From Phycisphaera mikurensis NBRC 102666 (GTDB lineage: Bacteria; Planctomycetota; Phycisphaerae; Phycisphaerales; UBA1924): DNA of 64,000 nt. The notes under the pieces are model-generated. The model made no database searches. It was given only the letters and a program-made list of their open reading frames with translations, and was not told the DNA's origin. Position numbers and translations under genes: made by a program. The stretch spans positions 89,228 to 153,227 of the forward strand of contig CALROI020000006.1 of the NCBI GenBank assembly GCA_943369765.1. The letters run 5' to 3'. Every line of letters begins with the position of its first letter. The first letter of the stretch is position 1. Positions 54,336 to 63,722 of the stretch are shown here, one piece after another.

Positions 54336-54381
54336 GCGATCCAGTGTCGCGAGACTTTGCCCTGTCGATGGAGCCCAATCG

Positions 54382-57300
54382 ATGCTGATCAGCCGTCGTT
54401 CTCTTGGCGTAACTCTCTCAGTCGTCGCCGTCTCGTTCGGCTTTGGTGGTGAGTGCTCGCTCGCTCAACCGTTCACATTTGATTGCGACACGGCCCGTCG
54501 TATCACACCAACGATGCCCTTGCCCAGCGGGCAGGGAGATCCCTGCGCGTGGACGGGAAAGATCGTCACCGTGTACTCACAATCAGGACGACCCATTTCC
54601 AGCCAGTGGCAAGGAAATGGTGGTGATCCATATCCCTCGTCTGCCTTCTTCGCGCTTTCCACAAACCAGCACGGTCACTCACTACTGGACAACTATTTTC
54701 TCACCGAAATTCTTCCTGCTGAAGCAAGAATTTCTTATGGTTCTCGTTTCAACCTGAATTTACTGACATCACCGCCGCAAGGTGACTTTCTGACTCCCGC
54801 GAAAACCATCGGCTCCAGCTCACTGTCGCTGCTGCCCCCCGGCGCGTCTAATGCGAGCACCTCTTGGCAGGGGCTGCAGCGACCAATGTTGGCAGGTGTT
54901 GTTGATCTGATTACGGGTCAGCCAATGATTCAAGTAACGGACCTCGAACTCCCTTTTGATGGGGCGACTTTTCGATTGACACGGACTCGGTCCGGGCTGC
55001 CCGCTGCGACTGGTGGCCCAGACCCTTCAAATCCGGCATTCTACAACAACGATAGCGGCAACCAGTTCATGGGTCTACAAGAAACCGAATTCTGGTGGGA
55101 CTGGACCGGAACCGGCTGGATGGCCTCAGAAAATCCCATACTCTTGATCGACTCGGCCTTACCGGATTCAATCGGGTCCAACCCTCGCACATGCTGGCTG
55201 GTGCTCGACGCTCACCACACGATTCCTTTCCAGCAGATCGAAGGCACAGATCGCTATGAAGCACCTCCGAGATTTCGCGCACGACTGACACACAATGGCG
55301 CCTTAGCAATAGATACATCGACGAGTCCTCCAACAACCGAGTACTTTGACCACGACGGAATCCCGTGCACCTCGACTGTCATGAAGTGGGCACAACCCCC
55401 AACAGAGTGGACCGTTTCGCTCTATGAAGGCGAGGTTAAGTACACGTTCGTGATCATCGGAGAGGTGCGGGATCCCGACTCGATTCAAGGCCCTATTCAG
55501 GAGCAGTTTTTCGGGGACGACGTTCCGTTCAATGCGGACTGGAAACCGTCTCCGTACCTTAATTGCAATCAGGGCGAAGAGTTTGTAACCAACTATCATG
55601 AACGCCCGTTTCTACGCGACGACTTTCCAGCTTTGGCAGGTCATAGCTCTTACATTGGCGAAATGAATCCGGGCTTCGGCATGCCGTGGTATGCGCTCTG
55701 CACTCGAATCGAAGATCGTTTCGGCCATCTGGTTCAAATTGAATATGCCGATACAACAAGCGAGAGCATGGCAGTGTTGCCTCAGGGCGGTCCGCCAGAA
55801 AACTTGGATGGTTGTGTGCCCTGCCAGCAAGATGCTCTTGCAAAGGGTCAAATCAAGTGGATCAAGCTTTGGTCGGGCGATGAGGTTAAGTGGACTCTTG
55901 CGTACGTTCATCGCCGAGTATTCGGAGTCGAATGGGATGTTAGTTTGCCCCAATGGGGCATCAATCCCTGCGACAACCCCCAAGCGTATGATGTGCACGG
56001 CTACAATGTAATAGATCGCATCTATGCTTTCGAAGGCGACGAGAATCTGGAAGCATTGGATTCCAGTTTCTTCACAATCCCTTGGACCGATCGCATGACG
56101 GTTCCCGAGAGCGCCTGCACAGACTACCTCTCTGCGGCAGGGCAGGCTGCAGTCCTCCCGCTGCTGAGCCTCGAAGGTGGCCGAGATCCCATCGCTCACT
56201 ACCTCGTGCTAAACTCATCAGCGACGTTTCTCAATGAGTGGAAGCATCAGGTTCGCTATCACTATGAGTATAACCAAACCCCAAGTGGCAACCCCGGAAT
56301 CATTGAGGAAAATGACCCCGGCTACGTCAGAGGTCAGACACGACTGCTCATGACTTCCATGAAGAGTCGTACGACTCAATTGCCCGCCGACCCTGTAGAG
56401 TCTCGTCGTATCTACACATACAGTCCCAGCTTAAATCCGCAGCGACTAATCGGTATCTTTGAAAATGACGACATCCATCGCGTGCTCACATTGCCGGGCG
56501 TTTCAATATCAAGCACGGACTTCGCAAATATCGCCTCGACCGGCAATGGTCTTATCGGCGACATCGAGTATTTGTTCTGCGCGTCGGTTTCGTTCGATCG
56601 TGTTGAGTTTAACTGGAGACACGTCGGGCACCCTGACGATTCTTTCGGGCAAGCTGCGACTTTCTCCGCTCCGACCTATTTATCATTGCTAGAGGCTGTG
56701 CCAGCGGAACGGAGACCTTATCTTAAACTAAGTGCGAGTGAAGCAAGTTCTCTTCTCTCGAACCGCGTCCTGACCGTGACAGCCTTGAGCGCTCGATCAT
56801 CGGACGGGCAGATGCATCACTACCGCATCAATCGGCTCGCTGTCTCTGGAGGCGGCGTCACGAGCTCCGGGCCAGTGAATGGCTTCGTTGGGCCACCGGG
56901 CGGTGAACACGATTGCATGCCGTCCGCCTTTCACATTCCATTTCGCTGGCACTCATTTACGAACTCATCTCAGGTGCCACCGGTCGTCATTGATGATCCG
57001 CCACTTGACAAAGCTCGTTGGATTTCGATTATCGATGAGTTTGGAAGTGATGGAGAACAATCTTCTCACAGTGGCTACCTTGCAGCCCGAAACAATGAAA
57101 CGCTTTACTCAGCAGACGGCATCAAGCCAGGTCAGCTCTCTCGTCGCGTGGTGAACGTCAACGCGTCGGGAGTCGTGCTTAAGGACTACCTGTGGCAGTT
57201 CACGCCTGATGGCACCCTTGTCGAGGGGAGCGGGCTCGGCGAAGAGGTTCATTATCAGCGAGTTTCGGACTATTTTGGAACGGCTGCCATTCCTCCGGAT

Positions 57301-60300
57301 ATGCCGTCATTGCTACGAAACGACTTACTTCTCACAAGAGTGTGTTCCGTTGGCTGGTCCGCTGTGCTTCCAGAAGCGGATCAAGAGACAAAGGGGCTTG
57401 TTCGATTCAGTGAATATCAAATCGGCACACCACCAGCGTCATGGGGCTCATTAACCCCGCAAGAGATTTTGGCACGGTATCCATGGTCTATGCGCATCCA
57501 GCAGGTGGCGTCTGGTGTCCAGATGGGCACGACTCCTGCATCAAACACAAAGGTTTACAAGAATCAGACTCTGTACTCAGTGGATCTGCCTTGGGAGGTT
57601 TCACACCAGATCGAATTCTTGACCCCGGCGACTGGTCTGCTCAGTTCTCTACCACCGCCCGCATGGGGCGCGGGCCCAGAACCCGGGTTGCGAGTCACGC
57701 GCTTTGTCAACACGCGCGCAAACGAACCCAATGTTCAGCTGTTCGAACAAAGGATCCTAAGTTCGACCACGATATCGTCTGGTCGAAGGCAGCAACCTGG
57801 GGGTTTTTGGTACTACCCGGTCGAACGTCAAGAGTTCGACGCTGAAGGCCAGTTGGTCTACTCGATCAGCGGCCTGGTTCGGAATCCGTCAGATCCGAAC
57901 TCGACTGGAAATAGCGACAGCCTTGAGTCTCTCATCTTCACCTATAACTACCGCGAAACCGATTATAGATTTGCGATCGCAATCGATGTCGTGCCTGGCG
58001 CGACGGTAGCCTGTCCAGTATCGAGCCTCTTTGGCACGCTGACACTCCCGTCCAGCAACTCAGGATGGATCAGAAAGAGTGCTTCCCCCTCCGCTGCGAA
58101 TCTGGCGACGGTGACTTGGGCCGACCTCTATGGTGTCACGGATGTGTTCTACCCGGATGGGCCCAATGCAAGCCCAGGCATGCGATTTGCGCGTCGCTGG
58201 GCTGTATTTGGCGCTGTAGGAAACACGCCACCGGACGAGTTGGAAGTCTACGAGTACGTTTTCAACAACATCAAGTCCACAGATGGAGTCAACTTCCTGA
58301 CCGACAGCCCCGGCCAACTGACAGTGTATCAAGGTTCAAAACCCGGACGCTCCATTATACTAAGAGAGAAGGGCTTCTTCGTAAGTCCGCCCTCTGGACA
58401 AGAGCCGACGGCACCGGCTTCGTTTGTGCTCGATGTCACAGGCAATTCATACACACTCGACGATAACAATGTTATTGACGCCATTACCGCCCCGGGGTAC
58501 CGACCTCCCTTCTTTGCGTTGGCAAAGACGCAGATGACGCTCGATTCCAACGGACGACCCGCGAATGCAGAGTTGATCGAGCGAGGATACGACGGATCAT
58601 GGATGGCAGTCGGCTCAAAGAGTACTAATAATCTCATCGATGTGATCCGTGAGAAAGAAATTGATGGGAACGTCTCTAGACAAACCAGGAGTCTGATCGG
58701 GCAGCACATGCGTGCCTACTCGGGTACCGGTGATGCTGCTTGGATTGGCGATGGCGCGACGTGGAACGTGCAATTACAAGCCTACGTCGACCCTCTCACG
58801 GGAAATCCCACCACTCTGCACAACATGATCCTTAAAGAACGAAACCGCTACGGCACAGGACCCAACGACGCGTGGATGCCCACCATCAGTTGGAGTTACC
58901 GGTCACATGACCCCGGGACTTTTGCTGACCAGTTTTATTCCGTGCCCGCTTTCACCGACGATCCTCACGGCTACGCAACCCTGACCCAGTACGACTGGCG
59001 GATGCGCCCGGTGAGAATCGATCAGTACGACAAAGGTGCTGATCTCAGCGATCTCACCGCCCGCGAGACGAAGAGACTCGGCACCACCCTGCAGTTCCAT
59101 GACCACGCCGACCGTACCTACATGACGGTGACCTTTGGCGGCTATGTGTCGGCCGGTGGCGCATTGAATCTGCAATCGCCGCTTGACCCGGTTCTGCGCG
59201 TCGGAACAGAGGTTCCAGTCGTTCCGGAGGATTTCAACTGGACGAACACCACGAGGCCCGTATCGATCACCTACACGATCTACGGAACCGATGGTGGAGC
59301 CGAGGAGATCCGCAGGTACACCGTTCCCGAGACTCATTCCGGTTCGCTCGCCTGGACCAGCGAATGGCGTTACAGGGGCTTCGGGAATCAGGATGTCTTC
59401 TCGCAGTCGCCAAACTCTCCCGCGATGTTGACCTACTTCGATGGGCTTGGACGTCCACAGCGTGTTCTCTCCGGGCTGCCGGGCGGGACGCCTGCGAGCT
59501 TCTACGAATTGTCCGCGACCACCTATGTGTACGACGAAAAAGGAAGTGTGCTCGAAGAGTCCCGACTTGAAAGGGCACCAGGTACGACTGGCCCCCAGCT
59601 CGACCACACCACCAACGCCATCCGCTCGCGGCAGTTTCACTGGTACGACACAGAGAAACGAAGGATCGCGTCCGCCGATGTTGGGACCCAGAGATCGGCG
59701 TACACGGTAGGCAATGCGGATTCGGGCTTCGCCTACGAGCGATCTGTTCAACCCCCCGAGGTCACGATCCCGTTGGAAGAAACTGGTACGCCACCACCAG
59801 AAGTGGAAGTCAATCTTAACGGCGTTCCCGCGGGAGCAAAGATTTCGTTTTCCAAGTACGACACCGTCACGGGCAACCTTGTCTACTCGGTTGACCCTGA
59901 TCTGACGGTCACACGCCGCGAGTACGGGCGTGCGAACAGGCTGGCCAAGATCATCGAGAACTATCGGAGGGGACCAGGAGGGGACACCAAGAAGCGGTCA
60001 ACGGGGTATGATTATCAGTACGGCCGAATTGTCCGAATGATGGCGGTTCAAGGGACGGAGTTTGGACTCGGCTCGGGCGCTCAGAATGCTGTCACACAGA
60101 TTTCGGACGTGGCATACGGCGCTGACATTCTCGATGAAGCCTTTGAAATCCGTTCACGCGACAACTCTCTCGTCGGCCAGTTCCGCATCCCCGCGCCGGG
60201 CGGAATGACATCGAGCGATCAGGCCACGATCGTGCTTCGGTACACGTTCACCGGCAAGATCGCCGAGCGGATCGACCTCCGCGGCGTCGTCTTCCGCTAC

Positions 60301-63162
60301 GCCTACGACGCGCTGGATCGGCTCAAGTCCATCACGGTTGGCTACTACCCAACCGCTGGCGGATCGGGAGCTAGTTTCATCGCCAAGTACCCCGCCACCA
60401 TGAACACGCCGACGAGCGGCCCCGACCCGATCGCTCCGGCGGACCGCGTTGGGTACGTCGAGTACGCCTACAGCGTTCGGACCGGACAGCTCGCAACCGT
60501 GCTCGCGAAGACAAAGCCCGGCTCCGGAGGGTCTGTCATCGCGTTCAACCGGTTCGCCTACGACAGCCAGCAGAACCTGATCGAGGAGGTTCAGTCGATC
60601 GGCACCGATACCGTGACCGCCTCGACGCCCCGAATCACTTACAACTGGACTTACTTCTTCAACGCCGGCAGCACGACCATGGCCGGGCGGCACAGGCTCG
60701 ATGGGATGGACTACCCGACGCACGGCGGGGCTCTCTCGCGTCGCGTCGAGTTCGGGTACGGTTCTACGGGATCCACCGAAGATCTCCTTGGGCGGGTTGC
60801 TTTGATGCAGACCCGCTTTGGCACGTTCGGCCCGTCCAGCGCTCTCTCGGATGTGGCCGCGTTTACTTACTCTGGCGAGGCACGTCGTTCAAAGCTGACG
60901 CTTGGCGGTGCCATCGTGTGCGACCTCGCCGCTCCCAATGTCGCCGGGCTTCCCGGGCTCGACATGTTCGGGCGGCTCGTCAATCTCAACTACACCACCA
61001 CCGTTTCAGGCACCCCACGCACCTTGCACGGCGCAACCTACACCTACGACATCTCCGGCAACCGCTTGTCGGCTTCCGTCACCAGGGCCGCAACCGCCGA
61101 CACGGTCGAGACCAACGTCTGGTCCCAGACCAACACCTACGACGCCCTCGAACAACTCACCGGGACGCAGTTCGGCACACTTACCGGCGGCACCATCCCC
61201 GCCCCGCTCGTGACCGACGCGTGGTTCATGGACGTCTTCGGCAACTGGAACGCCAATCTCGCTCTCCACGGACGGGTCACGACTGACAACCGACCCACAA
61301 CCCCCACCGTCCGGCAGATCACCGACACCACCAACACACGCAACCGCATCGCCACTCGTAGCGACACCGTTCTTGGGGCGTCAGCCACGACCATTGCCTA
61401 TGACACGGCGGGCAACCTTGTCTCCGACGGAATCTACTTCTACCAGTACGACGCGTGGAACCGGTTGGTGCAGACCAACGAAGCGAGCACAAACCCTAGC
61501 TACACTGGGCCCGCGGACACGGACAAGAACCCAACTGTCGCCAACCACCCGGTCCTTCCGGCGGCGATGCTGAAGCACTGGAAGTACGACGGTCTGGGCC
61601 GTCTGATCGAGGTGCAATCGCCGTATCCCGACGCCGAGGTGTCGAGTGGCCAGCTCCGGGCCGAGCGGTTCTACTACGACGGCGTCCGGCGTATCCAGGA
61701 ACTGATCATCGATCCGACGCCGACGATCCAGTTGGTGCTGGGCGAAGGCGAGGGTGGCGGCGAGGGGACACTCGGCGGCGAGGCCACTCAATCCCAGGGC
61801 GAGGGCAACGAGCCCTCCGCGGATCCCGAAACGTCAACGACAGGCCTGACGAACGCGGCGGTGGGCGGACCGACGCCGGTGGCGTTGTCGCAGATGAAGC
61901 GGGAGTACATCTGGGGCCCCGGAGACCGCGCATGGGGCGGCGGGGTGGACGAGTTGCTGGTGCAGTATGACGCGGCCCGGCTTGCGTGGTGGATGCTCAG
62001 CGACGGCGGGGGCGACGTGGTGGCCATGTGCAAGAAGTATGGCACGGGCTCTACCGCGTACGCGAAGGTGGCGGCCCAGTGGACCTACGACGCCTACGGG
62101 AGCGTGCTGGCCGAGAACGTGTTCGACACGAGCAGCCCGGTGAACCGCTGCGGGCATAAGGGTTTGTTCGCCGACCGGTTGGACGTGGGCGTCGTCGTCA
62201 GCACCGGCGGCGAAGACACCGACCGGCTGATGCCCGGCGCGGAACTGATCTACGCCAATCGGAACCGGAGTTACTCGCCGAGGATGGGACGGTTCCTGCA
62301 GAGTGATCCGCACTCCACGGGGACACCGGTTCTAGAGTCAATGCCGTTCCATGGCTCTGCCACATCGCCTAGTTTAATCGCCTTCAACCTTGGCGGTCAC
62401 TATCGAGACGGCACCAATGCTTACCGGTATCTGCAATCAAGGCCACACTGCCTATCTGATCCAAATGGACTTTACTCAGAGGAGGAGGCTTACACAGATT
62501 TCACCGAAATGCTGGGCCTTCTCGATCCGATTCCGGGGCCCGCCGATTTCATTCGCGGCATGCTCAATGCAATGGTGCAGGGGTACGCTGACAATCAGGA
62601 AGTTGATTCGTACTGGGCTTCGGACTGGGAAGCTGGCGATCAAGATCACACCCGCTTGAGTGATTTGTGGGTAACGGTCGCTATGTTGCAAGGATTGAAG
62701 GACGCGTTTGACATCGGCATCCCGTTCATGGACGAGGATGCCAACACGCTAGACTTGGCGGACAGCAAAGGCGGAGGTGCCGCCAAAGGGACTCGTGTCA
62801 GCTGGAGATCGCCAGAACTAAGGAAGCTAAAACCTGGCTGCGGCTGGAAGAAAATCAAACCTGACATTGACGGATACAAGGTGTGGGCTAAAATTGATAT
62901 AAATGGTGTTAAGCGAGTCAAGTTTGAAGGAGTGCCGGACAAGGACGTTTGTGATATTCAAATTACAGGTCCTGCAAATCATGGAAAAGATATCTCGGAT
63001 GCTTGGAAAGTATGGGAAAAAAACAATCCCGGAAAGCCACGTCCCCCTGGGAGCGCGATGCATCATGATTCAAAGCCAGGCAGGCTCATTCGACTTCCCA
63101 ATTACATTCACCAAAGAGTGTGGCACCAAGGAGCAGTAGGCGATGCAAATCAAGGTTCATGA
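54382..63162 (+). CDS. RHS/YD-repeat polymorphic toxin (2926 aa) with Sec signal peptide and C-terminal HNH/EndoVII-like (xHH) nuclease-like domain
   Basis: Start at MLISRRSLGVTLSVVAVSFGFGGECSLA|QP; the ORF 5' extension to 53752 is antisense to gspD. Rhs-type opening VVDLITGQPMIQVTDLELPFDGATFRLTRTRS; many YD repeats (YDALDRLKSI, YTYDISGNRL, YQYDAWNRLV). Core-end motif SDPNGL at 62458..62472. Tail contains SAMHHDSKPGRLIRLPNYIHQRVWHQGAVG. Confidence 0.9.
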   Translation: MLISRRSLGVTLSVVAVSFGFGGECSLAQPFTFDCDTARRITPTMPLPSGQGDPCAWTGKIVTVYSQSGRPISSQWQGNGGDPYPSSAFFALSTNQHGHSLLDNYFLTEILPAEARISYGSRFNLNLLTSPPQGDFLTPAKTIGSSSLSLLPPGASNASTSWQGLQRPMLAGVVDLITGQPMIQVTDLELPFDGATFRLTRTRSGLPAATGGPDPSNPAFYNNDSGNQFMGLQETEFWWDWTGTGWMASENPILLIDSALPDSIGSNPRTCWLVLDAHHTIPFQQIEGTDRYEAPPRFRARLTHNGALAIDTSTSPPTTEYFDHDGIPCTSTVMKWAQPPTEWTVSLYEGEVKYTFVIIGEVRDPDSIQGPIQEQFFGDDVPFNADWKPSPYLNCNQGEEFVTNYHERPFLRDDFPALAGHSSYIGEMNPGFGMPWYALCTRIEDRFGHLVQIEYADTTSESMAVLPQGGPPENLDGCVPCQQDALAKGQIKWIKLWSGDEVKWTLAYVHRRVFGVEWDVSLPQWGINPCDNPQAYDVHGYNVIDRIYAFEGDENLEALDSSFFTIPWTDRMTVPESACTDYLSAAGQAAVLPLLSLEGGRDPIAHYLVLNSSATFLNEWKHQVRYHYEYNQTPSGNPGIIEENDPGYVRGQTRLLMTSMKSRTTQLPADPVESRRIYTYSPSLNPQRLIGIFENDDIHRVLTLPGVSISSTDFANIASTGNGLIGDIEYLFCASVSFDRVEFNWRHVGHPDDSFGQAATFSAPTYLSLLEAVPAERRPYLKLSASEASSLLSNRVLTVTALSARSSDGQMHHYRINRLAVSGGGVTSSGPVNGFVGPPGGEHDCMPSAFHIPFRWHSFTNSSQVPPVVIDDPPLDKARWISIIDEFGSDGEQSSHSGYLAARNNETLYSADGIKPGQLSRRVVNVNASGVVLKDYLWQFTPDGTLVEGSGLGEEVHYQRVSDYFGTAAIPPDMPSLLRNDLLLTRVCSVGWSAVLPEADQETKGLVRFSEYQIGTPPASWGSLTPQEILARYPWSMRIQQVASGVQMGTTPASNTKVYKNQTLYSVDLPWEVSHQIEFLTPATGLLSSLPPPAWGAGPEPGLRVTRFVNTRANEPNVQLFEQRILSSTTISSGRRQQPGGFWYYPVERQEFDAEGQLVYSISGLVRNPSDPNSTGNSDSLESLIFTYNYRETDYRFAIAIDVVPGATVACPVSSLFGTLTLPSSNSGWIRKSASPSAANLATVTWADLYGVTDVFYPDGPNASPGMRFARRWAVFGAVGNTPPDELEVYEYVFNNIKSTDGVNFLTDSPGQLTVYQGSKPGRSIILREKGFFVSPPSGQEPTAPASFVLDVTGNSYTLDDNNVIDAITAPGYRPPFFALAKTQMTLDSNGRPANAELIERGYDGSWMAVGSKSTNNLIDVIREKEIDGNVSRQTRSLIGQHMRAYSGTGDAAWIGDGATWNVQLQAYVDPLTGNPTTLHNMILKERNRYGTGPNDAWMPTISWSYRSHDPGTFADQFYSVPAFTDDPHGYATLTQYDWRMRPVRIDQYDKGADLSDLTARETKRLGTTLQFHDHADRTYMTVTFGGYVSAGGALNLQSPLDPVLRVGTEVPVVPEDFNWTNTTRPVSITYTIYGTDGGAEEIRRYTVPETHSGSLAWTSEWRYRGFGNQDVFSQSPNSPAMLTYFDGLGRPQRVLSGLPGGTPASFYELSATTYVYDEKGSVLEESRLERAPGTTGPQLDHTTNAIRSRQFHWYDTEKRRIASADVGTQRSAYTVGNADSGFAYERSVQPPEVTIPLEETGTPPPEVEVNLNGVPAGAKISFSKYDTVTGNLVYSVDPDLTVTRREYGRANRLAKIIENYRRGPGGDTKKRSTGYDYQYGRIVRMMAVQGTEFGLGSGAQNAVTQISDVAYGADILDEAFEIRSRDNSLVGQFRIPAPGGMTSSDQATIVLRYTFTGKIAERIDLRGVVFRYAYDALDRLKSITVGYYPTAGGSGASFIAKYPATMNTPTSGPDPIAPADRVGYVEYAYSVRTGQLATVLAKTKPGSGGSVIAFNRFAYDSQQNLIEEVQSIGTDTVTASTPRITYNWTYFFNAGSTTMAGRHRLDGMDYPTHGGALSRRVEFGYGSTGSTEDLLGRVALMQTRFGTFGPSSALSDVAAFTYSGEARRSKLTLGGAIVCDLAAPNVAGLPGLDMFGRLVNLNYTTTVSGTPRTLHGATYTYDISGNRLSASVTRAATADTVETNVWSQTNTYDALEQLTGTQFGTLTGGTIPAPLVTDAWFMDVFGNWNANLALHGRVTTDNRPTTPTVRQITDTTNTRNRIATRSDTVLGASATTIAYDTAGNLVSDGIYFYQYDAWNRLVQTNEASTNPSYTGPADTDKNPTVANHPVLPAAMLKHWKYDGLGRLIEVQSPYPDAEVSSGQLRAERFYYDGVRRIQELIIDPTPTIQLVLGEGEGGGEGTLGGEATQSQGEGNEPSADPETSTTGLTNAAVGGPTPVALSQMKREYIWGPGDRAWGGGVDELLVQYDAARLAWWMLSDGGGDVVAMCKKYGTGSTAYAKVAAQWTYDAYGSVLAENVFDTSSPVNRCGHKGLFADRLDVGVVVSTGGEDTDRLMPGAELIYANRNRSYSPRMGRFLQSDPHSTGTPVLESMPFHGSATSPSLIAFNLGGHYRDGTNAYRYLQSRPHCLSDPNGLYSEEEAYTDFTEMLGLLDPIPGPADFIRGMLNAMVQGYADNQEVDSYWASDWEAGDQDHTRLSDLWVTVAMLQGLKDAFDIGIPFMDEDANTLDLADSKGGGAAKGTRVSWRSPELRKLKPGCGWKKIKPDIDGYKVWAKIDINGVKRVKFEGVPDKDVCDIQITGPANHGKDISDAWKVWEKNNPGKPRPPGSAMHHDSKPGRLIRLPNYIHQRVWHQGAVGDANQGS

Positions 63163-63697
63163 GTATTTTGACGACAAAACGCATGGCTCAAGTGCTCGGA
63201 TTGACCGCGGTGTGGTTTGTGGCATGGGGCCCATGCTCAAAGAAGCCGACATAATGGCGTTGGAGAAGGCTCTAGACTGCACCCTGCCGGAAGATTATCG
63301 ACAGTGGCTTCTGGCTATCAATGGCGGCTTTCCTGACTTTGGATCTGACGGAACGGCGTACTTCAGCTGCATGGTCGATGGAGAGATTCTGTATGATTCG
63401 TGTCAAGCGTTTCTGAAATGTGATCCTGCCCACCCTTGGATCAATCTCGCGGACGTCAATAAGGAATATGCGTCCCGGCTTCCTTCCGAGTGCATCGCCA
63501 TCGGCATGCCACACATCGATACGCCGCACCGAATGCTGCTTCTCGCTGTTCGAGGCGCCCGCCGAGGCGAGGTCTATGACTGGTTCCGGCCGCTCGTCCG
63601 GCGTAAGTGGGGGGCTTATCGAACGAACCTTCTCGCCGCGTCCTTTCAAGCGTTCTGGAATGGGCTGTTCGGCGAGATGCCCTCGTCAGAGGACTGA
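63143..63697 (+). CDS. SMI1/KNR4 (SUKH superfamily) immunity-like protein (184 aa)
   Basis: MALEKALDCTLPEDYRQWLLAINGGFPDF is typical of SMI1/KNR4. AAGGAG lies 9 nt before ATG 63143. The gene overlaps the RHS 3' end by 20 nt. Internal ATGs at about 63224 and 63233 are alternative starts. Confidence 0.75.
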   Translation: MQIKVHEYFDDKTHGSSARIDRGVVCGMGPMLKEADIMALEKALDCTLPEDYRQWLLAINGGFPDFGSDGTAYFSCMVDGEILYDSCQAFLKCDPAHPWINLADVNKEYASRLPSECIAIGMPHIDTPHRMLLLAVRGARRGEVYDWFRPLVRRKWGAYRTNLLAASFQAFWNGLFGEMPSSED

Positions 63698-63722
63698 CGC
63701 ACCCCGCATCCGCGAATCCCGT

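Larger units (their letters stand above)
27459..54916. repeat. Right arm of the giant zero-spacer inverted repeat; contiguous with unique sequence 54917..64000
   Basis: Reverse complement of 1..27458. Apex sequence is ...GGGAAGCGCAGTATA|TATACTGCGCTTCCC... with no spacer. Confidence 0.97.

Noticed and set aside
53752-54381. 5' extension that makes the RHS ORF 3136 aa
   Set aside because: The extension runs antisense through the secretin gene and has no start context. A signal peptide begins exactly at Met 54382, downstream of a promoter-like element.
61738-61850. Gly/Glu-rich low-complexity stretch (GEGEGGGEGTLGGEATQSQGEGNEPSADPE) inside the RHS core
   Set aside because: It is in frame and flanked by normal RHS-core sequence. 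It most simply reads as a disordered loop insertion rather than a separate feature or a frameshift.
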